From NCBI GenBank assembly GCA_965277925.1, contig OZ255850.1, forward strand, positions 2,855,030 to 2,919,029: 64,000 nucleotides of DNA, read 5' to 3'. The stretch comes from Granulicella sp. (GTDB lineage: Bacteria; Acidobacteriota; Terriglobia; Terriglobales; Acidobacteriaceae). Below are positions 63,937 to 64,000 of the stretch, in pieces. The translations under genes were made by a program, and so were the position numbers. The notes beneath the pieces are model-generated. The model saw nothing but the letters and a program-made list of their open reading frames with translations. It did no database searches and had not been told where the DNA came from. Positions within the stretch are counted from its first letter, which is position 1. The number at the start of each line of letters is the position of its first letter.

Positions 63937-64000
63937 ATGAAGCCGGACCCTATCCTTCTCATCCACGGCGGCGCCTGGGCCATGCCCGACGATGCGGTCG
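63937..64000 (+). CDS. Isoaspartyl peptidase/L-asparaginase type 2, N-terminus only (truncated by the window)
   Basis: MKPDPILLIHGGAWAMPD. Confidence 0.7.
   Translation, partial: MKPDPILLIHGGAWAMPDDAV

Overview
A GC-rich bacterial chromosomal window. The gene content (Oar-type TonB receptor, winged-helix/TPR regulator, PEP-CTERM protein, abundant intergenic palindromes) is most consistent with an Acidobacteriaceae-like genome; this is inference, no search was run. Housekeeping genes include dnaB, lepA, icd, rpmI, rplT, mltG, ruvX and greA. Main points: (1) 19.8-32.2 kb holds a 12-gene complex I-like operon, nuoA-B-C-D-I-H-J-K-L-M-M-N, without nuoEFG. It has two divergent NuoM copies, a visible 26-residue duplication in the NuoL lateral helix, and an apparent move of a conserved Lys from TM7 to TM5 in the distal NuoM. 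(2) 0.1-8.5 kb holds phage-like genes (signal-peptide-bearing tail-fibre-like protein, Zn-finger, sigma-region-4-like regulator, TerS-like protein) interleaved with host genes, with no integrase or capsid gene in the window. (3) Palindromic REP-like elements sit in frame inside three protein-coding genes. (4) Back-to-back sigma28-type promoters drive an orphan Flp pilin (through a structured leader) and small membrane peptides. (5) A circularly permuted ATP-grasp gene is split by about 18 kb from its alpha-E and transglutaminase partners. (6) Mobile-DNA traces include an IS1595 element inserted into a REP, a 114-bp MITE, an orphan IS end, and a 3.2-kb island bounded by a duplicated gene 5' end. 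No rRNA, tRNA or CRISPR array was recognised. All family assignments come from motif recognition by eye.
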